Shown here one piece after another: positions 8,983-17,390 of a DNA stretch of 43,918 nucleotides. The notes beneath the pieces were generated by a model that did not search any database, was not told the DNA's origin, and saw only the letters and a list, made by a program, of their open reading frames with translations. Position 1 is the stretch's first letter; each line of letters opens with the position of its first letter. Position numbers and translations under genes: made by a program. The stretch comes from Chloroflexi bacterium GWC2_73_18 (GTDB lineage: Bacteria > Chloroflexota > Limnocylindria > Limnocylindrales > CSP1-4), in NCBI GenBank assembly GCA_001794945.1, contig MGMJ01000118.1, positions 69,596-113,513 of the forward strand, given 5' to 3'.

Positions 8983-11678
8983 CACCGACGGCCCCATTCG
9001 CCGGGCTCGAGCGCCCGTGGGCGCTCGACGGAGAGACCGTCGTTGCGAGCCTCGGGATGGACCCGGAGGTCGGGCTCGGCGCCTCGGAGGCCGCGGACCG
9101 GCTCTCCCGCGTCGGGCCGAACGAGCTCGTCGAGCGCGCTCGCAAGCCACCGTGGCGGCTGCTCGTCGAGCAATTCACCAACACGATGATCGTGGTGCTG
9201 GTCATCGCGGCGGTCGTTACCGCGGTCATCGGGGACCTCAAGGACACTGTCGTCATCCTCGCGATCGTGGTGCTGAACGGCGTCATCGGGTTCGTCCAGG
9301 AGTACCGGGCCGAGCAGGCGATGGCCGCCCTCAAGCGGATGACGAGCCCGACCGCCCGTGTCGTCCGCGATGGCGAGGTGGCCATCGTCCCGGCCGCCCA
9401 GCTCGTGCCCGGCGACCTCGTTCGGCTCGAGGCGGGCGACGTCGTCGCGGCCGACCTGCGCCTCCTCGAGTCGCATTCGCTCCGGATCAACGAGGCCGCC
9501 CTGACCGGGGAGTCGGAGCCTGCCGCGAAGACCGTCGCTGCCCTGCCGACGATCAGCGATGCCCTCCTGGCCGACCAGCGCAACATGGCCTTCAAGGGTA
9601 CCGCGGTGACGTACGGACGCGGCGCCGGTCTTGTCGTGTCCACGGGCATGGCGACGGCGCTCGGGCGGATCGCCGAGCTGCTCCAGGAGCACATGACCGG
9701 CCTGACGCCGCTCCAACGACGCCTCTCCACGCTCGGAAAGAGAATGGCAGCTGCCGCCCTCGTCGTCTGCGCGATCGTCTTCGTCGCCGGCGTTGCGCGG
9801 GGGGAGGCGGTCGAGCTGATGTTCCTCACCGCGGTCAGCCTCGCCGTCGCGGCGATCCCGGAGGCCCTGCCCGCGGTGGTGACGGTCTCTCTGGCCCTCG
9901 GGGCTCATCGCATGGCCGGGCGACGGGCTCTGGTCCGGAAGCTGCCGGCGGTCGAGACGCTCGGCTCGGTCAACGTCGTCTGCTCGGACAAGACGGGCAC
10001 CCTGACCCAGAACCGGATGCTCGTCGAGCGGGTCTGGACACCGGAGGCGGAATACCGCGTCGCGGGGACCGGGTACGAGCCGGACGGATCCATCGTCGGA
10101 GAGGCGGATCCGTCCGACGACCCGTTCCTCCAGCGAATCGGCCGTGTCGCCGCCGCCTGCAACGATGCGGTCCTCCACGGTCCGCCACGACACGGGGATC
10201 CGTGGACCATCTCGGGCGATCCGACGGAAGGGGCGTTGCTGGCTCTGGCCGGGAAGCTCGGCATCAGTCGCCGCGATCTCGAGGCGAGGCATCCGCGGCT
10301 CGCCGAGATCGCCTTCGACGCGTCCCGCCGACGCATGTCGACGCTCCACCAGGATCGGGGTCTCGTGTGGGTCGCGGTCAAGGGGGCTTTGGAGGCGCTC
10401 GCTCCACTCGGCAAACCCGAGGATCGCGAAACATGGGAGCGCGCGGAGCCGATAGCCGAGCGGTACGCCGCCGACGGATACCGGGTCCTGGCCCTCGCCG
10501 AGCGGAGTCTGGGCGAGATCCCCGACGACGTGGAGGAGGCGGAGAGCGGTCTCTCGTTGCTCGGACTCGTGGGCATGGCGGATCCTCCCCGACCGGAATC
10601 TGCCGCAGCCGTTGCCGCGGCGGGCGAAGCCGGGATCACCTCGGTCATGATCACCGGCGATCACTCCCTGACCGCCCGGGCGATCGCCCGGCGCCTCGGC
10701 ATCCTGTCCGACGGCGGGCGAACCCTCACCGGAGCCGATCTCGAGGAGCTCGACGATCCCTCGTTCGACCGGATCGTGTCGGACGTGGCGGTCTACGCAC
10801 GGACGAACCCGGAGCAGAAGCTGCGGATCGTCGAGGCCTGGAAGAGCCGGGGCGCGGTCGTCGCGATGACCGGCGACGGCGTGAACGACGCCCCGGCCCT
10901 GAAGCGGGCCGACATCGGCGTGGCCATGGGCGTGACGGGTACGGAGGTGAGCAAGGAAGCCGCCGACATGGTGCTCGCCGACGACAACTTCGCGACGATC
11001 GTCGCCGCGGTCCGAGAAGGCCGCCGGATCTACGACAACATCCGCCGCTTCGTGCGCTACCTGCTGACGACCAACTCGAGCGAGATCTGGGTGATGTTCC
11101 TGGCCCCGTTCGCAGGGCTCCCGATCCCGCTGCTCCCGGTCCACATCCTGTGGATCAACCTCGTCACCGACGGCCTGCCCGCCCTCGCGCTTGGCGTCGA
11201 GGCCGCGGAGCGCGACACGATGCGCCGGCCCCCGCGACCGCCGAGCGAGTCCATCTTCGCCCGGGGCCTCTGGCAGCACGCGCTCTGGGTCGGGCTCCTC
11301 ATGGGTGGCGTCTCGCTCGGCATCCAGGCGGCCGCGCTCGACCTTGGCTGGCACTGGCAGACGATGGTCTTCTCCACGCTCGCGTTCCTCCAGCTCGGGC
11401 ACGCCCTGGCCGTGCGCTCGGAGCGGGAGAGCTTCTTCCGACTCGGCTGGCGGACGAACGTGCCGCTGGCCGCTGCGGTCGCGGCCACTGTGGTGATCCA
11501 GCTTCTAATCATCTATCTGCCGCCGCTCCAGCCGATCTTCGAAACCGAAGCGCTCTCCCCGGTCGAACTCGCCGTGATGCTTGCCGCCTCGACGCTCGCC
11601 TTCATCGGCGTCGAGGTCGAGAAGTGGCTGGGCCGCCGACGGGCCGGTCGACTGACGGGGCGGGCGCCGGCTCACTGA
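8979..11678 (+). CDS. P2-type cation-transporting ATPase (Ca2+-ATPase-like)
   Basis: 899 aa. Motifs: DKTGTLT, LTGESEP, IPEALPAVVT (TM4), MITGD, TGDGVNDAPALKRADIGVAMG, and LWINLVTDGLPALAL (TM6). GTG 8979 overlaps the upstream TGA (GTGA). Confidence 0.9.
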   Translation: MTPTAPFAGLERPWALDGETVVASLGMDPEVGLGASEAADRLSRVGPNELVERARKPPWRLLVEQFTNTMIVVLVIAAVVTAVIGDLKDTVVILAIVVLNGVIGFVQEYRAEQAMAALKRMTSPTARVVRDGEVAIVPAAQLVPGDLVRLEAGDVVAADLRLLESHSLRINEAALTGESEPAAKTVAALPTISDALLADQRNMAFKGTAVTYGRGAGLVVSTGMATALGRIAELLQEHMTGLTPLQRRLSTLGKRMAAAALVVCAIVFVAGVARGEAVELMFLTAVSLAVAAIPEALPAVVTVSLALGAHRMAGRRALVRKLPAVETLGSVNVVCSDKTGTLTQNRMLVERVWTPEAEYRVAGTGYEPDGSIVGEADPSDDPFLQRIGRVAAACNDAVLHGPPRHGDPWTISGDPTEGALLALAGKLGISRRDLEARHPRLAEIAFDASRRRMSTLHQDRGLVWVAVKGALEALAPLGKPEDRETWERAEPIAERYAADGYRVLALAERSLGEIPDDVEEAESGLSLLGLVGMADPPRPESAAAVAAAGEAGITSVMITGDHSLTARAIARRLGILSDGGRTLTGADLEELDDPSFDRIVSDVAVYARTNPEQKLRIVEAWKSRGAVVAMTGDGVNDAPALKRADIGVAMGVTGTEVSKEAADMVLADDNFATIVAAVREGRRIYDNIRRFVRYLLTTNSSEIWVMFLAPFAGLPIPLLPVHILWINLVTDGLPALALGVEAAERDTMRRPPRPPSESIFARGLWQHALWVGLLMGGVSLGIQAAALDLGWHWQTMVFSTLAFLQLGHALAVRSERESFFRLGWRTNVPLAAAVAATVVIQLLIIYLPPLQPIFETEALSPVELAVMLAASTLAFIGVEVEKWLGRRRAGRLTGRAPAH

Positions 11679-12381
11679 CCCGATCCCCCGCGCGACGTCC
11701 GCAATCCACCTCGTCGGCGATCCAGAGGCGGCGGCGCAGGAGAGCGAGAGGGCGGAGCCCGAGCTCGAGGGCGTCGATCACGTCTCCGGGGCGCCCGGCC
11801 CCGACGACCTGGTCGTGGCGGAGGCGCATCGCCAGTTCGCCCCTGCCGGCGTCCTCGTCCCATCCGGCGACGGCGAGGGTCACGATCGTCGCTCGGAGGT
11901 CGGTCACCCTGCCGTCCGCTCCGTCCCGCCCCCGCAGGTACGGGAGCTTCTCAGCCTCGAGCAGCCGCCGCACGCGCGCCTCGACGGTCGCCCGCCCGCG
12001 GCGCTCGGCGTCGGCGACGGCCGCCCACCAGTCGGCCGCCGCGAGCCGGCTCGCCAGAGAAGGGGCTCCGATCCATTCGTCATCGAGCGCCACGAGCCGG
12101 TACCCGGCCGGCAGCGCCGCCGCGATCCGCTCGCGCGCCTCGGCGGCGGTCAGCCGTTCGCCGAGGAAGACCTCGGCGAGGTCGTGCTCCACGTCCGCAT
12201 CGGCGGGGATGGAGGCGGCCAGCGCGAGCAGCGGGCGGTCGCGGGCACCGGTCGTGGCGAGCGGCAGCCCGGCCGCCGACAAGCAGGCGACCCAGGCCGC
12301 CTGCGCGTCACGCAGCCCGTCGCCGCGTGCGCGCTCGTCGCGCGCGAAGCCGACCCGCCAGCGTTGTTTCGCGTCGGGCAT
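11602..12381 (-). CDS. DUF2344/TIGR03936-like (radical SAM-linked) protein, tentative
   Basis: 259 aa. The pattern RWRVGFAR..AGLPLA..ALAASIPADADVEHDLAEVFL..AAALPAGYRLVAL resembles DUF2344, by eye only. The 3' end overlaps the convergent ATPase gene by 77 nt. Confidence 0.55.
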   Translation of the reverse strand: MPDAKQRWRVGFARDERARGDGLRDAQAAWVACLSAAGLPLATTGARDRPLLALAASIPADADVEHDLAEVFLGERLTAAEARERIAAALPAGYRLVALDDEWIGAPSLASRLAAADWWAAVADAERRGRATVEARVRRLLEAEKLPYLRGRDGADGRVTDLRATIVTLAVAGWDEDAGRGELAMRLRHDQVVGAGRPGDVIDALELGLRPLALLRRRLWIADEVDCGRRAGDRVSEPAPAPSVDRPVGGPATSRPRRR

Positions 12382-12401
12382 GTCTGATACGGTACCCCCG
12401 C

Positions 12402-13601
12402 ATGGCCGTGGCGAGGGCAAGCCGCCTCCAGCCGCCGACCCCGCGCGTCGCGCTGGCGATCGCCGCGGCGCTCATCGTCGCTGGCGTCCTCTACGTCGGA
12501 CGCGAGGCGCTCACGCCGTTCGTGGTCGGATTGCTGCTCGTCTACGTCCTCGCTCCCGCCGTCGAGCGGCTGGCGCGCCTCGGCTTGCCGCGCTGGCTCG
12601 CCGTTCTCCTCCTCTACCTCGTGACCGCGGTCGTCCTGGTCGAGGCGACCTCGTTCCTGGTGCGGCCCCTCGTCGATCAGGCGCGCCAGTTCATCGAGGA
12701 TCTGCCGCGCTACGGCGCCGCGGTGGGGGACCAGCTGCGCCGGTTGGGCGAGCTCTACCGCGGCCTCGACCTGCCGCCCGAGGTGCGCGCCTGGATCGAC
12801 GGGACGGTCGCCGACCTGGCGCGGCGCGCGGGCGGCTTCGACCCTGGCGCGCTGCTGCCGGTCGCCACGTCGATCGCGGCCGTCGTCGGCAACGCCGTCG
12901 GCTACCTGATCGTGCCGGTCTGGGGCTTCTACATCCTGAAGGACAGGCCGAGCCTGATCGCCTCCTTCGATGCCGCCCTCCCGCCGTCGTGGCGGGCCGA
13001 CGCCCGGGCGCTCGTCCACATCGTCGACGACGTTTTCGGGCGCTGGCTGCGCGGCCAGCTCCTCCTCGGCCTGGTGGTCGGCCTCCTCACCTTCGCCGGG
13101 CTGCTCCTGCTCGGCGCCGTGATCCACCCCGTCTTCGGGCAGCTTGCGCTCCTGCTCGCCGTCATCGCCGGCTTCCTCGAGCTGCTCCCCTTCATCGGAC
13201 CGATCCTCTCCGCCATCCCGGCGATCCTCGTCGGTGCTTCGGTCTCGGTCGAGGCGGCGCTCGCCGCGCTCGCCCTGTACGTGGTCGTGCAGCAACTGGA
13301 GAACAACCTGCTCGTGCCCAAGATCCAGGGGGACGCGGTCGCGCTCCACCCGAGCATCGTCATCTTCGCCCTCGTCGTCGGCGCCACGATCGCCGGGCTG
13401 CTGGGGGCGATCCTGGCGCTCCCGCTGACGGCGATCGGCCGCGACATCTACCGCTACCTCTTCCGCCGCCTCTCCCCGGAGGCGCCGGCCGAGGCGCCCG
13501 CGCCGGCGCCCGGCGTGCCCGCCGACATCGCCGAGGCGATCGCGACGAGCGGGGCGACCGAAGCGACCCCGCCCGAGGCCGCGCCGGCCGACGAGCCGTG
13601 A
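12402..13601 (+). CDS. AI-2E family transporter (PerM/UPF0118)
   Basis: 399 aa and polytopic. Signature region LELLPFIGPILSAIPAILVG ... VVQQLENNLLVPKIQGDAVALHP. ATG 12402 lies only 20 nt from the divergent gene start. Confidence 0.85.
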   Translation: MAVARASRLQPPTPRVALAIAAALIVAGVLYVGREALTPFVVGLLLVYVLAPAVERLARLGLPRWLAVLLLYLVTAVVLVEATSFLVRPLVDQARQFIEDLPRYGAAVGDQLRRLGELYRGLDLPPEVRAWIDGTVADLARRAGGFDPGALLPVATSIAAVVGNAVGYLIVPVWGFYILKDRPSLIASFDAALPPSWRADARALVHIVDDVFGRWLRGQLLLGLVVGLLTFAGLLLLGAVIHPVFGQLALLLAVIAGFLELLPFIGPILSAIPAILVGASVSVEAALAALALYVVVQQLENNLLVPKIQGDAVALHPSIVIFALVVGATIAGLLGAILALPLTAIGRDIYRYLFRRLSPEAPAEAPAPAPGVPADIAEAIATSGATEATPPEAAPADEP

Positions 13602-14230
13602 GCGACCGGCCGCTTCCCGACCACTACGCCGTGCTGCAGGTCGTCCCCGAGGCCGACCCGGAAGTGATCCAGGCCGCCTACCGCCGCCTCGCCCAGAAAT
13701 ACCACCCCGACACCGCCGGGCCGGAGAGTGTCGAGCGGATGTCGGCCATCAACGCCGCCTGGGAGGTGCTCGGCGACCCCGAGCTGCGCGCCGCGTACGA
13801 CCGCCAGCGGAGACGCGCCGCTCGCGCCGCGGCCACGACCCCTCCGTGGGCCCCGGCACCGGCCTCGCCGCCCGGCGCCGCCGCGACGCCGACGGACGCG
13901 CCACCGGACCAGCCGAGCCCCCACTGGACCTCGGGCCGCTCCTCCCACGGCAGCGGCTACGACCCGGCCAGCATGCGCGCGCCCGAGGGCCACGGGGCGG
14001 CCGGACCGCCGCCCGGCGACCCCGCCGGGAGCGTGCTCACCTTCGGCCGCTACGCGCGCTGGTCGCTCGGCGAGATCGCCCGCCGCGACCTCGAGTACCT
14101 CGAGTGGCTCGAGCGCATGCCGATCGGGCGGCCGTACCGCGAGGAGATCGACCAGGCCCTGCGGCGCGCGGGGCACCGGCGGAGCGCCGAGCGGGAGCCG
14201 TCCCGCCGCGGCCTCTTCCGGCGAGGCTGA
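13598..14230 (+). CDS. J-domain protein with DUF3820-like C-terminus
   Basis: N-terminal J domain with HPD (DHYAVLQV..AYRRLAQKYHPDT..AWEVLGDPELRAAYD), then a Pro/Ala linker. The C-terminal FGRYARWSLGEIARRDLEYLEWL resembles DUF3820. GTG 13598 overlaps the AI-2E stop (GTGA). Confidence 0.8.
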   Translation: MSDRPLPDHYAVLQVVPEADPEVIQAAYRRLAQKYHPDTAGPESVERMSAINAAWEVLGDPELRAAYDRQRRRAARAAATTPPWAPAPASPPGAAATPTDAPPDQPSPHWTSGRSSHGSGYDPASMRAPEGHGAAGPPPGDPAGSVLTFGRYARWSLGEIARRDLEYLEWLERMPIGRPYREEIDQALRRAGHRRSAEREPSRRGLFRRG

Positions 14231-14255
14231 GGCGCCCCGGCCAGCGCCCGGCTCA

Positions 14256-15473
14256 TCATGCCTCCCTCATCGCACGCGGCACCACCCGGGCGAGCAGCAA
14301 CGGCGCGGCGACCGTGGTGAGGACGACCGCGATCACGACGGCGCTGAAGAGGTCGCCGGTGAGGAGCCCGAGCGTGATCCCCAGGTTCGCCACCACGATC
14401 CCGACCTCGCCGCGCGGCACCATCCCGGCGCCGACGGCGAGCGCGCCCCACCGCCCCAGCCCGCGCGCCCCGAGGTAACCCCCGGCGAGTTTGGTGACGA
14501 CGCCGACGACCGCGAGGCCGATCGCCAGCAAGGCCAGCGCCGGGTTCACCAGGGCCCCCAGGTCGACCTGCGCGCCGGTGACGGCGAAGAAGAAGGGCGC
14601 GAAGACGAGCCCCAGGGGCCGCATCTCCTCGGCCAGCTCCTCGCGCGCCTCGGTTTCGGCCAGGATCAGCCCCGCCACGAAGGCGCCGATGATCGCCGCC
14701 AGCCCGACCTGGGCGGCGACGAGCGCCCCGGCCAGCATCAGCAGGAAGGCCGGCACGAGCGGGGTGTCGGCAAAGAGCGGCCAGGTGAACACCTCGCGCG
14801 GCAGGCCACGGGCGCGACGCGCGACGGCCAGGCCGAGCCCCAGTAGCCCGAGCGCAGAGACGACGACGGCGAGCGCCGACTCGAGCGACAGCGCCCCCCG
14901 GGCCGCCCCGGAGACGATCCCGATGAGGAGAAGCGCCGCCACGTCGTCGACGATCGCGGCGCCCAGGATGACGCGGGAGAAGGGACGGTCGAGGACGCCC
15001 ATCTCGGCCAGCACACGGCTGGTGATCCCGATCGAGGTCGCCGCCAGCGCCAGGCCGGCGAAGACCGCCGGGCCCGGCGCCTCGCCGGTCCACGAGACGA
15101 GGGCGGCGCCGAGCGCCAGTGGCAGCGCCATCGCCAGCAGCGCCACGAGGAGCGCCGCGCGCCGCACGGCCAGGAGGTCGTCGGTCCGCACCTCCAGGCC
15201 GACCGAGAAGAGGAGGATGACGACCCCCAGCTCGGCGAAGACGAAGACGACCGGGTCGAGCGACGCCAGCCCGAGCGCGTGGGGCCCGACGGCGAAGCCG
15301 CCCGCCACCTCGCCGACGACGCCGGGCTGGCCCAGCCGGCGGGCGATCTCCTCGCCCGCCTTGGCGCCGACGATCAGCAGGAGCAGGCTGCGGAGCGCCT
15401 CGATCGTCCCTTCCGCCGCCGCGGCGGCCCCGGCGAGCCCCGGGTCCAGCGCGGTGGAGACGAGCTCGCTCAC
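14256..15473 (-). CDS. Cation:proton antiporter, CPA2 family (no RCK domain)
   Basis: 405 aa with about 12 hydrophobic segments. Na+/H+ exchanger-type N-terminus (LLLLIVGAKAGEEIARRLGQPGVVGEVAGGFAVGP). Confidence 0.85.
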   Translation of the reverse strand: MSELVSTALDPGLAGAAAAAEGTIEALRSLLLLIVGAKAGEEIARRLGQPGVVGEVAGGFAVGPHALGLASLDPVVFVFAELGVVILLFSVGLEVRTDDLLAVRRAALLVALLAMALPLALGAALVSWTGEAPGPAVFAGLALAATSIGITSRVLAEMGVLDRPFSRVILGAAIVDDVAALLLIGIVSGAARGALSLESALAVVVSALGLLGLGLAVARRARGLPREVFTWPLFADTPLVPAFLLMLAGALVAAQVGLAAIIGAFVAGLILAETEAREELAEEMRPLGLVFAPFFFAVTGAQVDLGALVNPALALLAIGLAVVGVVTKLAGGYLGARGLGRWGALAVGAGMVPRGEVGIVVANLGITLGLLTGDLFSAVVIAVVLTTVAAPLLLARVVPRAMREA

Positions 15474-15480
15474 CGCCGTC

Positions 15481-16749
15481 TCAGAGCAGGTAGCGGAGCC
15501 AGACGTAGGCGGTGGCGATCACCAGGCTGAGCAGCAGCGTCGAGACGCCGTAGCGCAGGAAGGCGACGAAGGTGATCGGATGGCCGGCGCGCTGCGCAAG
15601 GTTGGCGATCACCACGTTCGCCGAAGCGCCGATGATCGTGCCGTTGCCGCCGAGCGACGCGCCGATGGCGAGCGACCACCAGAGCGGCTCGAGGTCGAGC
15701 CCGCGCACCCCCAGCTGCTCGACGATCGGGATCAGGGTCGCCGTATAGGGGATGTTGTCGATGATGCCGGAGGCGATCCCGCTCACCCAGAGGAGGGCGA
15801 TCGCGGTGATCGAGGCGTCGCCGCCGGTCGCCTGGAAGAGGCCGTCGCCGAGCGCCGCGATGATGCCGACGTGGATGACGCCCTCGACCAGCATGAAGAG
15901 GCCGGCGAAGAAGAGGAGCGTCGACCACTCGACCTCGCGGAGCACCTCGGCCGGGTCCTCACGAGCCACGATGAAGAGCGTGGCGGCGCCGAGCAACGCC
16001 ACCGTCGCCGACTCCCAGCCGAGCGGCCCGGCCGCGAGGAACCCCGCGATCGTGCCGATCATGACAACGATGCTGATGCGCATCAGGCGCGGGTCGGTGA
16101 TGACGCCCGACTCGTCCAGCATCGGCACGGACCGGTTGGTCCGCTGGTGCCGGATCTCGCCGCGGAAGAGGAAGCGCGCCGCCACCAGGTAGACGACCAG
16201 GATGACGACAGCGACCGGCGCCATGTTCGCCGCGAAGGTGGCGAAGTCGATCCCGGCCGCCGACCCGATCAGGATGTTGGGCGGGTCGCCGATCAGGGTC
16301 GCCGTACCCCCGATGTTGCTGGCCAGGATCTCGCTGATCAGGTAGGGGATCGGCGAGACGCGCAGAGCGGCGGCGATGTAGAGCGTGATCGGGCCGACCA
16401 GCACGACCGTGGTGACGTTGTCGAGGAAGGCGCTGGCGATCGCCGTGATCACCGAGAGGGCGACCAGGATCCGCCAGGGATCGGCGCCGGCCAGCCGCAC
16501 GGCCCGGATCGCCACCCACTGGAAGACGCCGGTGCGGCGCGTCACGTTGGCGATCACCATCATGCCGAGCAGGAGGAAGATGACGTTCAGGTCGATCGCC
16601 GCGAACGCCTCTTCCTGGTCCAGGATCCCCAGCGCGACCATCAGGACGCCGCCGGCGAGCGCCGCGACGGTCTTGTGCAGCCGCTCGCTCGCGATCGCCG
16701 CGTAGGTGAGGGCGAAGAGGGCCGCGGCGATCCAGACGTCGAGGCCCAC
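15481..16749 (-). CDS. ArsB/NhaD superfamily permease (YbiR/CitMHS-like)
   Basis: 422 aa and polytopic. N-terminus FALTYAAIASERLHKTVAALAGGVLMV..IDLNVIFLLLGMMVI..AFLDNVTTVVL is typical of this superfamily. It starts 3 nt after the CBS gene stop. Confidence 0.85.
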   Translation of the reverse strand: MGLDVWIAAALFALTYAAIASERLHKTVAALAGGVLMVALGILDQEEAFAAIDLNVIFLLLGMMVIANVTRRTGVFQWVAIRAVRLAGADPWRILVALSVITAIASAFLDNVTTVVLVGPITLYIAAALRVSPIPYLISEILASNIGGTATLIGDPPNILIGSAAGIDFATFAANMAPVAVVILVVYLVAARFLFRGEIRHQRTNRSVPMLDESGVITDPRLMRISIVVMIGTIAGFLAAGPLGWESATVALLGAATLFIVAREDPAEVLREVEWSTLLFFAGLFMLVEGVIHVGIIAALGDGLFQATGGDASITAIALLWVSGIASGIIDNIPYTATLIPIVEQLGVRGLDLEPLWWSLAIGASLGGNGTIIGASANVVIANLAQRAGHPITFVAFLRYGVSTLLLSLVIATAYVWLRYLL

Positions 16750-16751
16750 GG

Positions 16752-17249
16752 TCAGGCGGACGGGGTGCGTTCGAGCTCTTCGAGGTACTGGAGCGCGAGC
16801 TCGAGGAGGTCGACATAGCCGGTGACCCGCGACTCCTCGTCGACGACCGGCAGGCCGGAGAGCCGCTCCTCGCGCATCGCCGCGAAGGCGTCACCGACCG
16901 TGTCGTCGGGCCGCAGCGCGCGCGGCGGCAGCATCAGGTCGGCAGCGGTCCGGGCCGCGATCTCCCGGCCGAAACGCCCGGCCGCCTCGAGGCTGGTGAT
17001 GTCGGCCATCAGCTCCTCGGGCGCCACGCGGGCGACCACCTCCTCGACGATGCGCAGCACGGGCAGGAGGCCGATGAGCCGTTGCTCCTCGTCCAGCACG
17101 CACAGGATCCGCGTCTGCGGACGGGCGAACGCACGTCGGGCGACGTCGATCAGGTCGTCGCCGACATGCACCGTGTTGGGTCCGATGTCGAGCAGGCGCT
17201 CGACCGCCTGGATCGGCGTCCGCCGGGCGAGGCCGTGGCGTTCGGACAC
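16752..17249 (-). CDS. Stand-alone CBS-pair protein
   Basis: 165 aa with two CBS-like units (..ILCVLDEEQRLIGLLPVLRIV.. and ..ERLSGLPVVDEESRVTGYVDLLEL..). GTG 17249 has GGGAGGA 6 nt upstream. The longer track ORF to 17660 is low-complexity. Confidence 0.8.
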   Translation of the reverse strand: MSERHGLARRTPIQAVERLLDIGPNTVHVGDDLIDVARRAFARPQTRILCVLDEEQRLIGLLPVLRIVEEVVARVAPEELMADITSLEAAGRFGREIAARTAADLMLPPRALRPDDTVGDAFAAMREERLSGLPVVDEESRVTGYVDLLELALQYLEELERTPSA

Positions 17250-17306
17250 GCGCCATCCTCCCTGGCCCGGCTGCGGAGCGTGAAGACGCCTGCGAGGGCC
17301 GGCGCG

Positions 17307-17319
17307 CGCTAGTCTAGCG
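17307..17319. promoter_or_regulatory. Palindrome CGCTAG-T-CTAGCG in the darA / CBS-operon divergent gap (candidate operator or back-to-back -10 elements)
   Basis: Perfect 6+1+6 palindrome. It contains TAGTCT on the plus strand and TAGACT on the minus strand, both TAnnnT hexamers. Confidence 0.3.
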
Positions 17320-17390
17320 TGCGGCCGACCGTCCTCGGTGCCGCAACGCGGGACTGCGGCGGCGCGGCTCGGCATAGGAGGTGCAGCCTC

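Noticed and set aside
9017-14230. 1737-aa ORF spanning the ATPase, the DUF2344-like gene, the AI-2E gene and the J-domain gene
   Set aside because: It is almost entirely Arg/Pro/Gly/Ala low-complexity sequence. It overlaps several genes with strong family motifs in other frames or on the other strand. Only its last 633 nt (13598..14230, the J-domain protein) look genuine. This is a typical high-GC open-frame artefact.
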